DNA of 56,129 nt, the filler included, from Hydrolagus colliei (Eukaryota): NCBI GenBank assembly GCA_035084275.1. It is 4 parts of 4 records of this genome, joined end to end, with 100 filler letters (N's around TTAATTAATTAA, not from the genome) between each part and the next. Parts side by side here need not be neighbours in the genome. Positions count along the whole stretch, not along the records: positions 1 to 14,682 come from CM068745.1; positions 14,783 to 38,230 come from CM068771.1; 2 more parts are not named here. One strand, 5' to 3'. Below are positions 11,321 through 22,947 of this stretch, in pieces. A program made the translations under genes and the position numbers. Under the pieces are notes generated by a model. That model saw only the letters and a list, made by a program, of their open reading frames with translations. It made no database searches and was not told the DNA's origin. How positions within the stretch are numbered: position 1 is the stretch's first letter; each line of letters begins with the position of its first letter.

Positions 11321-14176
11321 TAGTTCACTGAAGAAAAAATATAGTTTCTAAACAAAAAGGATATGTTTAAAAGTGTAAAAGTGAGTGAAAATCTGTGTTG
11401 AAATGTACTATTTGAAATCTTGAATCTACATCTTAAATTATGGTATAATTGTTGTCTTGATGGTATCTTAGGTTTAATAAGAAAAAAATTGAACTCAGCT
11501 GTTGCTAAATTCTGAGCATAATATCACAGGGATGGTTCATTGAGCAAGGACAATAAAATTGAAGGTGAATATTGTACATTTAGCTTTTTATTCCTTGTTC
11601 ATTGTGATTGTAAGAAAGGAGTCATTAGCTATGAATGTTTGATTATCAGTGAAAAAAAATGGGAGACTTCATTTAAGTTCAAAAGGATTGTGGAGGGAGT
11701 TTATCAGAGTCTTGAATACAGGCTGTGACTGCTAGTATTTACTTCCCTACAACTAAGTTTTAATTTTCCAGATATCAGGTACTGAAAGCCATCACAAAAG
11801 ATTACTGGTTGAAATACAGCTGCTGAGATAAGTGAGGGTTTCCAGCGCTCGATAGCTCTTTTGCAACTGCCTAATAGTGCCCTTGAAGGAAATTTCTGAG
11901 AAGTGTCACACTTTAAGTGAATGAGGAAGCTGTCATGGGAATATTTTCAGTGTCACATATAATACTTTGATTTTTTTCTGTAAATGTGCAATATAGAATT
12001 TTGGTGAGTGCCTAAAATTGTATTGTTAATTTTATTGCAGAGGATTGGCTATGTTTTGCATTGAGGATTATGTCCCACTGTTATTTTCTCCACTTAAATT
12101 TCACAGCCCACCATCATTACTTGTTTATTGTCACTTAATTTGGGGAATGCATTGGTTCTAGACTATCTGCAACAGCTTTTACGTTTGCATTGTATGAAAG
12201 TTCCCTCAGATGTTCTCTCCAATTGTGCTATTTAATCGTTACACTTTTTCTACATGCAGGCGGGCAGGCATTTGGTCATGCAATCCATGACTGTTTGTGG
12301 GATACTGGTGTGCGCAATTGGCTACCATGTCTTGCCCACAAATATATAGTCAATTAAATTTACGGTATATTCTGCAAAACGCATTGAGGCATGTCGAAGA
12401 CGTGAAAAGTGCTATTATCATACACAAGGATTACTATAAAATGTTATATTTGAATGATTCTTACCCTTATACAGTACTTGGAGACACATCTGTTTCTATG
12501 CAAACATCTTCACCCTTCATTGCCTAAATCAATATAAAATCCGCCTTCAGCTTCCTGTTTTCAACCACAATCATTTTATTTTATACAATATTTTTCAGTA
12601 TTGGAAATCTTTGAGTATTTAGCTTTAGATTTGAATGGACTTTTTTGGGGGTGAGGAATTTGTTGTTTTTCTCCCCATTTCATCTCTCTCACATGTCCAT
12701 GTGTCCTGAAGTGCTACACAGCTTCTTAGTTTAGCATATCTGAGCTGTCTCTGTGTTGTCTCAGTCATCCAGAATCCGTTAAGTATCTTCTCTTTAGCTC
12801 AGATTTTGGATTAATACCTCCCCTTCGACCATATCATCAGTCACATTCCTTCCCCTGCACTCCTTCCACGCTCCCTGATCCCGAACACAGCTCGGATCGA
12901 AACACTGTCTGTCCAGTGCCTTGGGATGTCCTCCGGACATGAAAGATGATATACCAATTTAATGTTGTTGTTGTTGTTGTTATTGTTATTATTATTGTTG
13001 TTGTTGTCAGACCAGCTTGACCCCAGAGTACTTTGCTCACCCCTTCTACCAGTAGGACAGTTGCAAGTTTATCAGATTTTGAATTCAATTGGAAGAAAAA
13101 CATAACTGCAAATTATTATATCATGACCACCTATATATGAAATCTGATGTTTTTTAAAATTATACTCGTTTGACTTGAAATATGCTCTCATTTGTATTAC
13201 ATATTTTGGGGAACTATACAATATACTTTTGTGTTATTTTGTACCTTCGATTGCTCCTTACAAATAGGCACTAGAACATTTTCTCACAACTGAGAATACT
13301 TGCTGTAGAATTTTTTTTTGTTGTTATATAAATGCAAGGTATTTATTCTTTCTTTTTGATTTTGAGGTAAAGAAAATATCTCTTGAGTATCAGTGTGTTG
13401 CATCTGTAGTACTGTGAATTATCCAACAGTACAGAAATATATGTGAATGACATCAATAGTAACAGATGAATATATTTAGTTGAAGGGTAATCAACATTCC
13501 ATAAAATACCATTATATGTAAATACCTTGAAATATAAATGTTAATCCATTCACTATCTCATGAGAAAAGGATGGTGCTGCCAATATCAGAAGTGATTGTT
13601 CTCTGGGTAAAAGATTTTTGAAAAAATTACAGTAATAAGCCTTCAATAAAATTAATGCTGACACATTTCTCAGATATAGCTCCGATTTAATTTTCATTCC
13701 AGCAGTTTAGCAGTAGTGATAGGGAAGTACCAGTGCCTGTAATTATTGCCAGACTGTTCTTTATGAATGCCATCAAACCTGACCTTGAACAAAGAATCGA
13801 AATAAACCAACTACAGAAAGGAAAGGAGTAGATTGTAGGAGTAACAGCTCCACAGTAGTTGCTGTTGTTGTGGTCTTGACTTGGTTCTTCACAGAATGTC
13901 ACAGGTAATCACACAAATTCACAGGATATACTGTAAAGTGGATTAACTGTTTGGGAGCGAAACGTGGCACTCAGTCGATCACAGCAATGTCCCACAAACA
14001 ATCACCGAGTGACTGACCAAATTTCTATTTAATGATTCTCAAATATGGAAAAAATAATTCTTTAAATTTAACTGGTAATATTTTTCATCTGTAATTATGT
14101 TCTATAGCTTCCATTCTTTCTCACCACCTGATTTTACATATACAGATATATATATTTATATCTATATATAGATATA

Positions 14177-14650
14177 TGCATTGTGTATAGAGATGAGCAT
14201 TCTGGGTCTTGTAGTTCAGTGCGCACACATTCCAATTTTTTTCGATATCTATATATCTCCAGTGAATTTATATATATAAATATATCTTAGAAATGTGTTT
14301 TATGTATCAAATCTTGTTGGGCCATGATATTTTCTAAATTTTCTAAATTTCTAAATACTAAATATTTTTTCTTTTCATAGCATAAGCACTGAAATATTCA
14401 ATTACCTGTACAGTAGGGTCTGGCGATATATGGATATATCGGTTATATCCAATATAATTTTCATATCGATATGCCGATATAGGCATTTAAAAAATATCAA
14501 TATATCAAAAAAATCGATATATCAAAAAAAATCAGAATGCGCGCGCACTGAACTACAAGACCCAGAATGCTCATCTCTATACACAATGCACAGACCGAGG
14601 TGCAAGCCGCCATATTGTATTCATAGTCCTAGAATACAATATACAGGTAT
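14177..14650. mobile_element. hAT-MITE family copies in inverted orientation
   Basis: TAGGGTCTGGCGATATA terminus at about 14413 resembles the 44038 element; arms of about 48 bp at 14177-14226 and 14543-14590 are reverse complements. Confidence 0.6.
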
Positions 14651-14682
14651 GTGAGGGGAGAGAGACGGGGGGAGGGGGAGAC

Positions 14683-14782
14683 NNNNNNNNNNNNNNNNNN
14701 NNNNNNNNNNNNNNNNNNNNNNNNNNTTAATTAATTAANNNNNNNNNNNNNNNNNNNNNNNNNNNNNNNNNNNNNNNNNNNN
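14683..14782. other. Assembly gap (44 N + TTAATTAATTAA + 44 N)
   Basis: Identical 100-bp spacer with stops in all six frames also at 38231-38330 and 40515-40614. Confidence 0.95.
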
Positions 14783-14881
14783 CTTCACATACTGTATACC
14801 ACCAAAACCATAATGTACATACATATATGCACATGGAGTCCCTTTATTGGGAACCAAATCTTTACTATTACTTTTACCCAT
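14783..14881 (-). CDS. ERV gag N-terminus (partial, open into the gap)
   Basis: MGKSNSKDLVPNKGTPCAYMYVHYGFGGIQYVK: myristoylation-type MGxxxS start located after the PBS and leader. Confidence 0.6.
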
Positions 14882-16013
14882 TTGTACTATAGCCAATCAA
14901 GACTTCCCGGGAAGAACAATTTTGATAATGCTAAATTTTCTTAAGTCCAATCAACTGCTCAATTGTCAAACAAATATATCTTCTGGTTAATTTACCAAAA
15001 GTATGTCCAATTAACACACCAAAACAATACAAGACAAACAAACACACAATAAACAAGAGTTTCGCGAACAAACCTTCAGTATACTATTAAACCCATAGAT
15101 TGCAATCATCAACAATATATATATATCATAAAGACTGGTTACTTTATGATCGTAGGGCCTGGTTACCCTACGGAATCAGGGACTGGTTACCCCAATTCTG
15201 AATCAGGGACTGGTTACCCCAATTCTGAGTGTGGACTGGTTACCTCACTCTCCTTATACATATAACAGTAAAAACACTTTGTCTATTCAACACTGATGAC
15301 GTATCCACCCATTCACACACTACACAGGAGACAGACTGGTAAGAGTTGAGAGAAAACTCTGAATCAACTCGCAATCTACTCACCCTCCCGTGTAGGCAGA
15401 ATTCAGGCAGAGTTAGTCATCTCGGTGGAACCTCCAAAAAGTACTGTCGTGGAATAACTCACAAAGAGATCAGGTTATTCATGTAAAACACAAACAGTCA
15501 TTTAATATACTTACGGCCGAAAGGAGAAATACCCTCACAGGTCAGATACCCGAGGTGGTACTTCTAAAGAACTAACAGAAATACAACAGTTTATATCTTA
15601 TTCGTTTGCACACCGCGTGACAGTAGTATAAGTTCCGTTAACCAATTACAGCAATCCACCTAATCAATAAAAGTGAATGTGGGAAGAGAGTTGAACTCTA
15701 TTTACACTAGCCATGGGGGGCAAAAAGGGCAGCATCTATTAAAACAAAACTAGACAACCACAAGTTGCTAATTGATAGATTACCATTTTCAAAGAAAGAA
15801 GTAAATCGTCTTCAATGATCAGGAAGCAATTGATCACCTAAAGAATAACAAGCAGGGAATGTCTAATTTACTCAAGCACAAGCCTTTCTCCCTTCTTGGT
15901 CTGGACTATGTCATACAACTGACGTTTGCTGATACCCCTATTGACCTCTGGAATTTCTAAGGGAGACTAAGAAACAGCTAACATGGTTGCCGATGTTTAA
16001 CATGGTTTCCACA
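14783..16013 (-). mobile_element. Endogenous retrovirus (class I, gamma/epsilon-like), 5' part; truncated by the gap
   Basis: 5' LTR about 16013-15445 (TGTGGAA...TTCCACGACA); PBS 15436-15419 TGGAGGTTCCACCGAGAT complementary to the 3' end of tRNA-Gln; splice donor GTGAGT 15383-15378; gag-like start at 14881. Confidence 0.8.
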
Positions 16014-17464
16014 GCTGCACAGGAGGCGTGTGACCCGAACTGAGAGGGGAGTGTTTGGGAAGGGGTGAGACACGAAGGGGAGGTCGAAAAATTCAGGGTG
16101 GGAACAAAAGGCACAATCGAAGAGGAAAGTCTTCAAACCGACCTTGAAAGAGGAAAGGGAAGAAACGAGATGGAGGGACTGGGGGATGGCATTCCATAGG
16201 GTGGGAGCGGAGAAACTGAAGGCCCGGCCTCCGATGGTGGGGAGGTTCGGGCGGGGGCTTGGAGCAGGACAAGTCCTGTTGAACGGAGGGTCCGGGTGGG
16301 CGTGTAGGGGGAGAGTAGATTGGTTAAATAGGGTGGGGCAAGGCCGTGTAAGGCCTTGAAGGTGAAGACGAGGATCTTGAACTCGATCCTCTGGAGAATG
16401 GGGAGCCAATGGAGACGGGCGAGGGTGGGGGTTATATGGTCGCGGAGGCAGGTGCGAGATAGTACACGGGCTGCAGTTTTGGATGACCTGCAGCCTGTGA
16501 ATGGAGGAACTGGGGAGGCCGACGAGGAGAGTAAAAAAACGTATCCCACTTTTGTGGGAGAAACGCGGCAGCCAATTGCACACAGCAGTTTCCCACAGAC
16601 AGCCGTTGATTGAGTGACCAATTTATCATCATTATGTTGGGAGCGAGAGGGAATTCTACCTCCCTGGGAAGTGATCCTCCGATCCTACTTAACGCAAGCT
16701 CAACAGGAGTCTGGAGAAAGGAAACTTGCCTTAGGCTTGGCCTCGCCAGGGAATCGAACCTGGGCCCACCCTTGCCTGCCACGAGCCACTAACCTCTAAC
16801 CAACCACTGCTCTACGAGATTCCACCGAGGGGCCCAGAGACGCGGTTGTGGAGAGGACGGAGGGCGATCGGAAGCTTGTGAGACATCACCAAAATCGTTG
16901 GGGTGAGGGAGAGCAGAGAGGTTTGCGTTTTATTGCGGTTAATACAGTGATTTTCACATCTTATCGATGTGGGATGGAGTTCTAAAGCGTACGGACAGAG
17001 AGGCTGATAGCCTGGCCACTGATAGCAGGGTGGGGGGGGGGAGACACGGAGCAGGCCGGAGCCTGCTGAACGGAGGGAGAGGATCGGTTGATAGGCGGGG
17101 TTCAGCAGGTCAGAGAGATAGGAGGGGGCACGGCCTTGGAGGGCCTTCAAAGTGAGGATGAGGAAACATCTCACTGGGCCCAGTCCGTGGCAGTGTTCAT
17201 ACTCCAAACAAGACTCCATTTCACTCCTTCCTCCCTCCCATCACCATTCCGCACACAGACACAGTGTCAAAGATTCTGTATAGCTACTATCCCAACAACC
17301 CTCACCTCCCCTTCCCTCCCCAACTCAGGTCCAAATAGACAGCTTGTGGTCTCGTTCTTCGTCAACGGGGGTCAGAGCGTCTGGCTTGTTGTTTGGGGGT
17401 CAGATAAATTCTTCATCCACTCGACAATTTCAAGTCCGTCTCCCTTCCCACCATCAATCGACTC

Positions 17465-17780
17465 ATTTGATATAGCGTTTTTCATGTCTTCAAGACGCCT
17501 CAAAGCGCTTCCCGGGATATACTGTCAAGTGAATTGACTGTATATTGGTGGACGAAACGTAGCCGCCAATCGCTCACAATAGCGTCCCGTCCCCCACCCC
17601 CCACAAATCAGTCGTGGATTGAGAAATGACCCGTTTTGTTACATTTTTCTCTTAGGGATTATTATCAGGGCGCGAGGAGCAAGGAAATATGACCAAGGTA
17701 TTCCCCCTGCTGGGAATCAAATCCAGGTCCTCTCGCTTGGCAAGGCGATTGCTCGAACCACTCAGCTACAGCCACAATGG
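17465..17780 (-). mobile_element. tRNA-derived Deu-domain SINE (duplicate at about 29945-30260)
   Basis: Head, core and tail visible on the minus strand. Confidence 0.7.
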
Positions 17781-18646
17781 TGTGAAAAAGCACTTTGGAA
17801 ATGTGGTTTATTGTTGTGGTACTAGGCCTATCTTCATTACACAGTCCTGTAACTCAGCGGTCGGAGTGCTTGCCTCTCTAACGAAAAAGGATCTTGGTTC
17901 AATTCCTGAGAGAGGGAGTGGGAGGTGGAGGCCAAACATGAGGAAAGTTTCCTTATTGCACAACAGTAAATGGATACCAGGTGGATCGCTTACTCGTGGG
18001 TTGAGGTGGAGGGATTGTGGGATGGACTTCCAGAGGGTGGGGGTAGAGTGGCTGAAGGCTCGCCTGCCTCGGTGAGGACGCGAGGTTGGTAGGGCGTGTC
18101 ATGCACGAGGTCTTTGTCTCCGCGAGAGAATGACACACTCTCTCCAGGTGAACTCTCAAAGGCGCGATCCATTCATCTCCCTCTCTCTATTACTCTTTGG
18201 CGATCGTTCCCACTCACAACTTACATCAACGTTTAACAAAAATACTCTTCATTTATTCAAACCCACAGATATATATATATATATATACATGTAACTCAGT
18301 CCATAGAGCTCCTGTCTCTCCAGCAAAAGGATCTGTGTTCGATTCCCGGGAACGGCAAAACGTTCGGAAAGTTTTCTTACTCCAATAAATGGAAACCCAG
18401 TTGGTAGTCGATTGGCCGATAGATACAGAGCGGTGAGACAGCTTTAAGAGTATGGAATGTTATACCTTGTTAAGGTTATGCAAACGCGTAATCCTTATGT
18501 CACACGTTGATAATATTATATCAATATAACTTTAATAAGGTATAATGTCCCATACTCTTAAAATATATCTCACCACTGAGCCTCCATACTGGAAGCCTCC
18601 ACACTCCATCAATCAATCAATTCCTGAGTGACTCACTGAAGACTTT

Positions 18647-19590
18647 GTGAGTGAGTGAGTGAGTGAGTGAGTGAGTCAATCAATCATTTACTCACTCTGT
18701 CAGTCACTCACTCACTCACCCACCCACTCACTCACTCACTGACCCACCCACCCACTCACTCACTGACCCACCCACCCACCCACTCACTCACTCCCCAACT
18801 CACTCACTCACCCAACTTACTCACCCACCCACTCCCCAACTTACTCTTCTCACCCACTCACTTATTCTCACTCACCCACTCACTGACTCCTCAACTCAAT
18901 CACTCACCCACCTACCCACTCACTCACTCCCCAACTTACTCACTCACCCACTCTCACTCACCCACTCACTGACCCACTCACTCACTCCCCAACTTACTCA
19001 CTCACCCACTCTCACTCACCCACTCACTGACCCACTCACTCACTCCCCAATTCACTCACTCACCCATCTACCCACTCACTCACTCCCCAACTTACTCTCT
19101 CACTCACTCTCATTCACCCACTCACTGACCGACCCACTCACTCACTCACTCACTCACTCAATCACTCAATCACCCAACTACTCACTCACTCACTCACTCA
19201 CTCCCCAACTTACTCTCTCACCCACTCACTCACTCTCATTCACCCACTCACTGACTCACTGACCCACTCATTCACTCCCCAACTCACTCACCCACCTACC
19301 CACTCACTCCCCAACTCACTCACTCACCCACCCACTTATCTACTCACTCACTCACTCACCTACCCACTTACTCACCCACCCACCCACTCACTCACTCACT
19401 CACTCACTCACCTACCCACCCACTCACTCACCTACCCACTCACTCACTCACTCACTCACCTACCCACCCACTCACTCACCCAGCTACCCACCCACTCACT
19501 CACTCACTCACTCACCCAGCTACCCACTCACTCACTCACTCACTCACTCACTCACTCACTCACTGACCCACCCACTCACTCCCCAACTCT
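18647..19590. repeat. Compound (GTGA)n/(TCAC,CCAC)n tetranucleotide array
   Basis: Short (GAGT)n block followed by about 0.9 kb of TCAC/CCAC repeats that are nearly G-free on the top strand. Confidence 0.9.
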
Positions 19591-20322
19591 CCCCCCACCC
19601 TCTCAGTTCTGGGTCTGAAACATACAGAGGGGAATCCCCAAATGGAGCCTAGTTGGCTTATGCGCAGTGCTTCATTTCCGCGTTTGTCTGACTGTTGGAG
19701 GAGTGAGTGAGAGAAGGGGAGGAGTGAGTGAGGGGAGGAGTGACTGAGGGAAGCGGGAGAGAGAGAGAGAGAGAGAGCTGCAGGGAATCAGATCCAAAGG
19801 GAGGGGATTCCCTCCACCTTCTCCCCTACAGCCAGATCAGGTTCTCAGTAGCCCTCCCTCCCTCCCTCTCTGTCTGTATGTCTCTCCCATGTGTGTGTGT
19901 GTCTCTGTGTGTCTCTCTCCCCCCCACATCCACCCCATAAGAAGACACTCACTCAACCAGGAAATGGGTGCAGCCTAGAGAACTCTGCAGCCTAGAGAAC
20001 TGGGTGGACTTTGATGCCTCCTGTGTGAGTAGATCTGCTACAGGACAGACACACGCACGCACGCACGCACTGAAAATGGTTGTTTAATCAAGTTTTGTTT
20101 CTCTGGCGCCTTTGAACCTTCGGGAGAATGTCTCCCAACGCGCCGAACGATCGTAGGCGACAGTGTCCCCCGCAAACGGTTGTGGGTCGAGTGACCAAAT
20201 TGTAGTCTGGACTTGCGCGGTTGAACTCTGTGTGTCCCCCTCGCTTATCTCAGCTTTAATCACAGGGAGTGACCCTCGGGGGAGTGACCGCGCCGAAAAC
20301 GCCACCGGTGAAGCTTTGGGAA

Positions 20323-22474
20323 ATGGGTGTGAAAGGCTACTTGGTCGTCCTCCTTCAGCTGATGCCGTCAGCCTTTGGTGAGGAACACTCCGCTTTGTTC
20401 AGGAATTCCTTCCCTCCCTCTCTCCCTCCCTCCCTCCCTCCCTCCCTCCCTCCCTCCCTCCCCCCCCCCCGGCTCGGTCCCCGGGATCCGTTATTGGGAA
20501 GCGCTCTGAGACGCCCATCGGGGGCGCGGAGTGAGTGAGGGCGCGATACACATCAAAGTTGTTGTCGAACAAGTCCGTGAGCACTATCGCGGCTGAGACT
20601 GGAGAGATTTTTTAAAACTAGAGGGATTAGGGGATATGGGGATAGGGCAGGTAATCAGCGTTGGGTCAGAAGATCAGCCATGATCTCATTGAATGGCAGA
20701 GCAGGCTCGAGGGGCTGAATGGCCTAGTCCTGCTCCTAATTCTTATGGTCTTATGTTGTGACTTGCCTGCGCCCAACTCCAAATACAGGCATAAATCATA
20801 CCTTCCTAAAGAGCCTCGCGTTTACTTACATACTTTACCAGAATGATACCAGGGCCGAGGGACTTGAGTTGTGTAGAGAGAGAGAGAGAGAGAGAGAGTG
20901 GACCGGGGAAGCTGGGATTTATTCTCCTCAGAGGCCAAAAAGGTTGAGGGTGGGGGGGATGTCATTCGAGGTGGGGTTTTGAGAAAGGAAATGAGGAGAG
21001 CCTCTGGCTTGCGAGGCTGAGCGAGTTAAGCTCTTTGGGCTAACGGGCTCCTCTGGCCGCAGGCTTCATCGTGACAACCCCGGAGTACGCGGTGGTGGGG
21101 ATTGTCGGAGGCCAGGCTGTGTTGGACTGCCAGCTAGTGCCCGCTGAGTCACCAGTGGACATCGAGGTGCGATGGGTCAGAGCCGAGCTGAGGGATCCCG
21201 TCCACCTGTACAGGGAAGGGAAGGACCAACCCGGAAGTCAAGATCTCAAGTACGCCCACAGGACGGAACTGTACAAGACCAAGTTCAGGAACGGGAACGT
21301 GTCCCTGTTGATCAAGCAGCTCAACGTGCAGGACGAGGGCGACTACAAGTGTCAAGTGGCCTCCGGCAACGATAAGAGCTTCGACAAAGTGACGCTGAAA
21401 GTGGCAGGTGACACCGAGAGCTCCCTCCGCCAGCTCCCTGCTCCCGACGCCATCTCACTCAAGATCCTCTCGCTCGTCTCCGAATCCCTTTCTCCCCCTT
21501 CACCCCCCCCCCCCCCCCCACCCCCCGCACCCCACCCAGGCATCCACCCCATACCCTCTTTCCCCCCTTTCTCCCCTGGCCCCCATTCCCGCGACCGTTT
21601 GTGGGGGACGCCGCTGCGCGCGATTTGGCTGCCGCGTTTCGCCCACAAGTATACAGTCAATCCTTCCACTCTCCATCAGCCACTCTGCCCCCAACCTCTG
21701 GAACTCCATCCCGCAGTCCCTCCCCCTCACCCCCTCCCTGGCCTCCTTTGAGTCTCACCTCAAGACTCTACTTTTCGACAGTCTCATTGGTCAATCCAAA
21801 TCCCACCCCCCCCCTTTCTCTCTACCCCCCCCCTCCCCGTCCCCAGCTGAAGCAATGGCTGTCCAGTGCCTTGGGATGTCCTCCTGACGTGAAAAGCGTT
21901 GTACGTGTGATTGAGTTGTGGTTTCACGTCGGGAGGACGGCCCAAGTTGCTGTAGAGTTGAGAGCTTGGGCGGTTGGGATCAGGAGGGTCAGGGAGGGTG
22001 ACTTTGGTTAAGTTCGGACGCCCCTTAAGCCGGACAATCCGGCCCCGCTTGACAGACTTCTCCCAACGTATAATCCAACCCACATGTGCTTCTGTCCACC
22101 AGCCGTTGGTCTGAATCCCGTCATCCACTTGACCAGCCACAGTGGCTCTCAGGTGGAGCTGGAATGCACGTCTCGAGGCTGGTACCCAGAGCCGAAGGTG
22201 AGTTGGCTGGGCGGTGGGGACCGCGTGTTGCCGGGGACGGAAACGCGGCCGGAGGGGAAACGGACGGAGTTTTACGACGTGCACAGCAGGGCCCTGGTGA
22301 CGCAGGGAAGTCAGAACACCTTCACCTGCAACATTCGCAACCAGCTGCTCGATTCCATGAAAGGCGTCACCGTCCAGATCGCAGGTCTGCTCACAAACCA
22401 ATCCCTTCGCTATTGTCGCTCAATGAACTGTCCGCCGCCCGAACCTCCCCCACCATCGGCGGCCGGGCTTTCAG

Positions 22475-22510
<36 letters not shown>

Positions 22511-22947
22511 CCCCCCTCCCAACACTGTGGAACTCCAACCCGCAGCCCCTCCGCCCTCGCGTCCTCCCTTTCCTCCTTCAAGGCCCGTCTCAAGACCTTC
22601 CTCTTCGACCGTGGCTTCTGCTGCCCTCCTAACTCAGTCCCCCTCTTCCTCTCCTTCCCCCTGTCCCTACCCCGACCCTCCCCCCCACCCCCCTCGCTTG
22701 GTTCCCAACCTGACCGTTCAGCGTTTGGGACGTCCTCCCGACGTGAAAGGTGCTTTAGAAGTGAATTTTGTTGTTGTTGCTGTTGTCATTAACCTCTCCT
22801 GTCCTACTCTCTCTCCAGGCCAATTCTTCCCCAGTGTGTCCGGTTGGCTGACAGCTTTCTGGATAGTCTTTGTGCTCTTACTGTTGGTGTTGCTTTACGC
22901 TGCGTATGTGCATTGGAGATTGAGAAGACTGACCCAGGACAACAGAA
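20323..22947 (+). CDS. Butyrophilin-like gene, copy 1 (leader-IgV-IgC-TM; cytoplasmic exons not found)
   Basis: Exons 20323-20377 (MGVKGYLVVLLQLMPSAF), 21063-21407 (345 nt IgV: C..W..DEGDYKC), 22103-22384 (282 nt IgC: ECTSRGWYPEP...FTC) and 22819-22947 (TM). All junctions are phase 1 GT-AG, the standard BTN/B7-family layout. Confidence 0.85.
21063..21407 (+). CDS. BTN-like copy 1 IgV exon
   Basis: GFIVTTPEYAVVGIVGGQAVLDCQL...RTELYKTKFRNGNVSLLIKQLNVQDEGDYKCQV...VTLKVA. Confidence 0.9.
22103..22384 (+). CDS. BTN-like copy 1 IgC exon
   Basis: AVGLNPVIHLTSHSGSQVELECTSRGWYPEPKVSW...NTFTCNIRNQLL; 282 nt. Confidence 0.9.
22819..22947 (+). CDS. BTN-like copy 1 transmembrane exon
   Basis: QFFPSVSGWLTAFWIVFVLLLLVLLYAAYVHWRLRRLTQDNR; acceptor ctctctccag, donor gtaagt. 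Confidence 0.88.

Noticed and set aside
14727-14738. TTAATTAATTAA palindrome inside N runs (three times)
   Set aside because: Identical position in three 100-bp gaps with stops in all six frames; an assembly spacer, not biology.
15978-16621. ORFs of 150-284 aa over L2 fragments (also 28407..29261) as host genes
   Set aside because: Frameshifted remnants of L2 ORF2 C-termini and SINE sequence.
17915-17950. WEVEA peptide resembling the B30.2/SPRY WEVEV motif
   Set aside because: Lies in SINE-derived sequence upstream of the gene with no surrounding PRY-SPRY similarity; no B30.2 exon was found in the window.
18667-18972. THSL-repeat ORFs (also 31120..31539) and a possible CRISPR-like array
   Set aside because: Translations of a tetranucleotide microsatellite; no constant repeat with unique spacers, and a vertebrate context.
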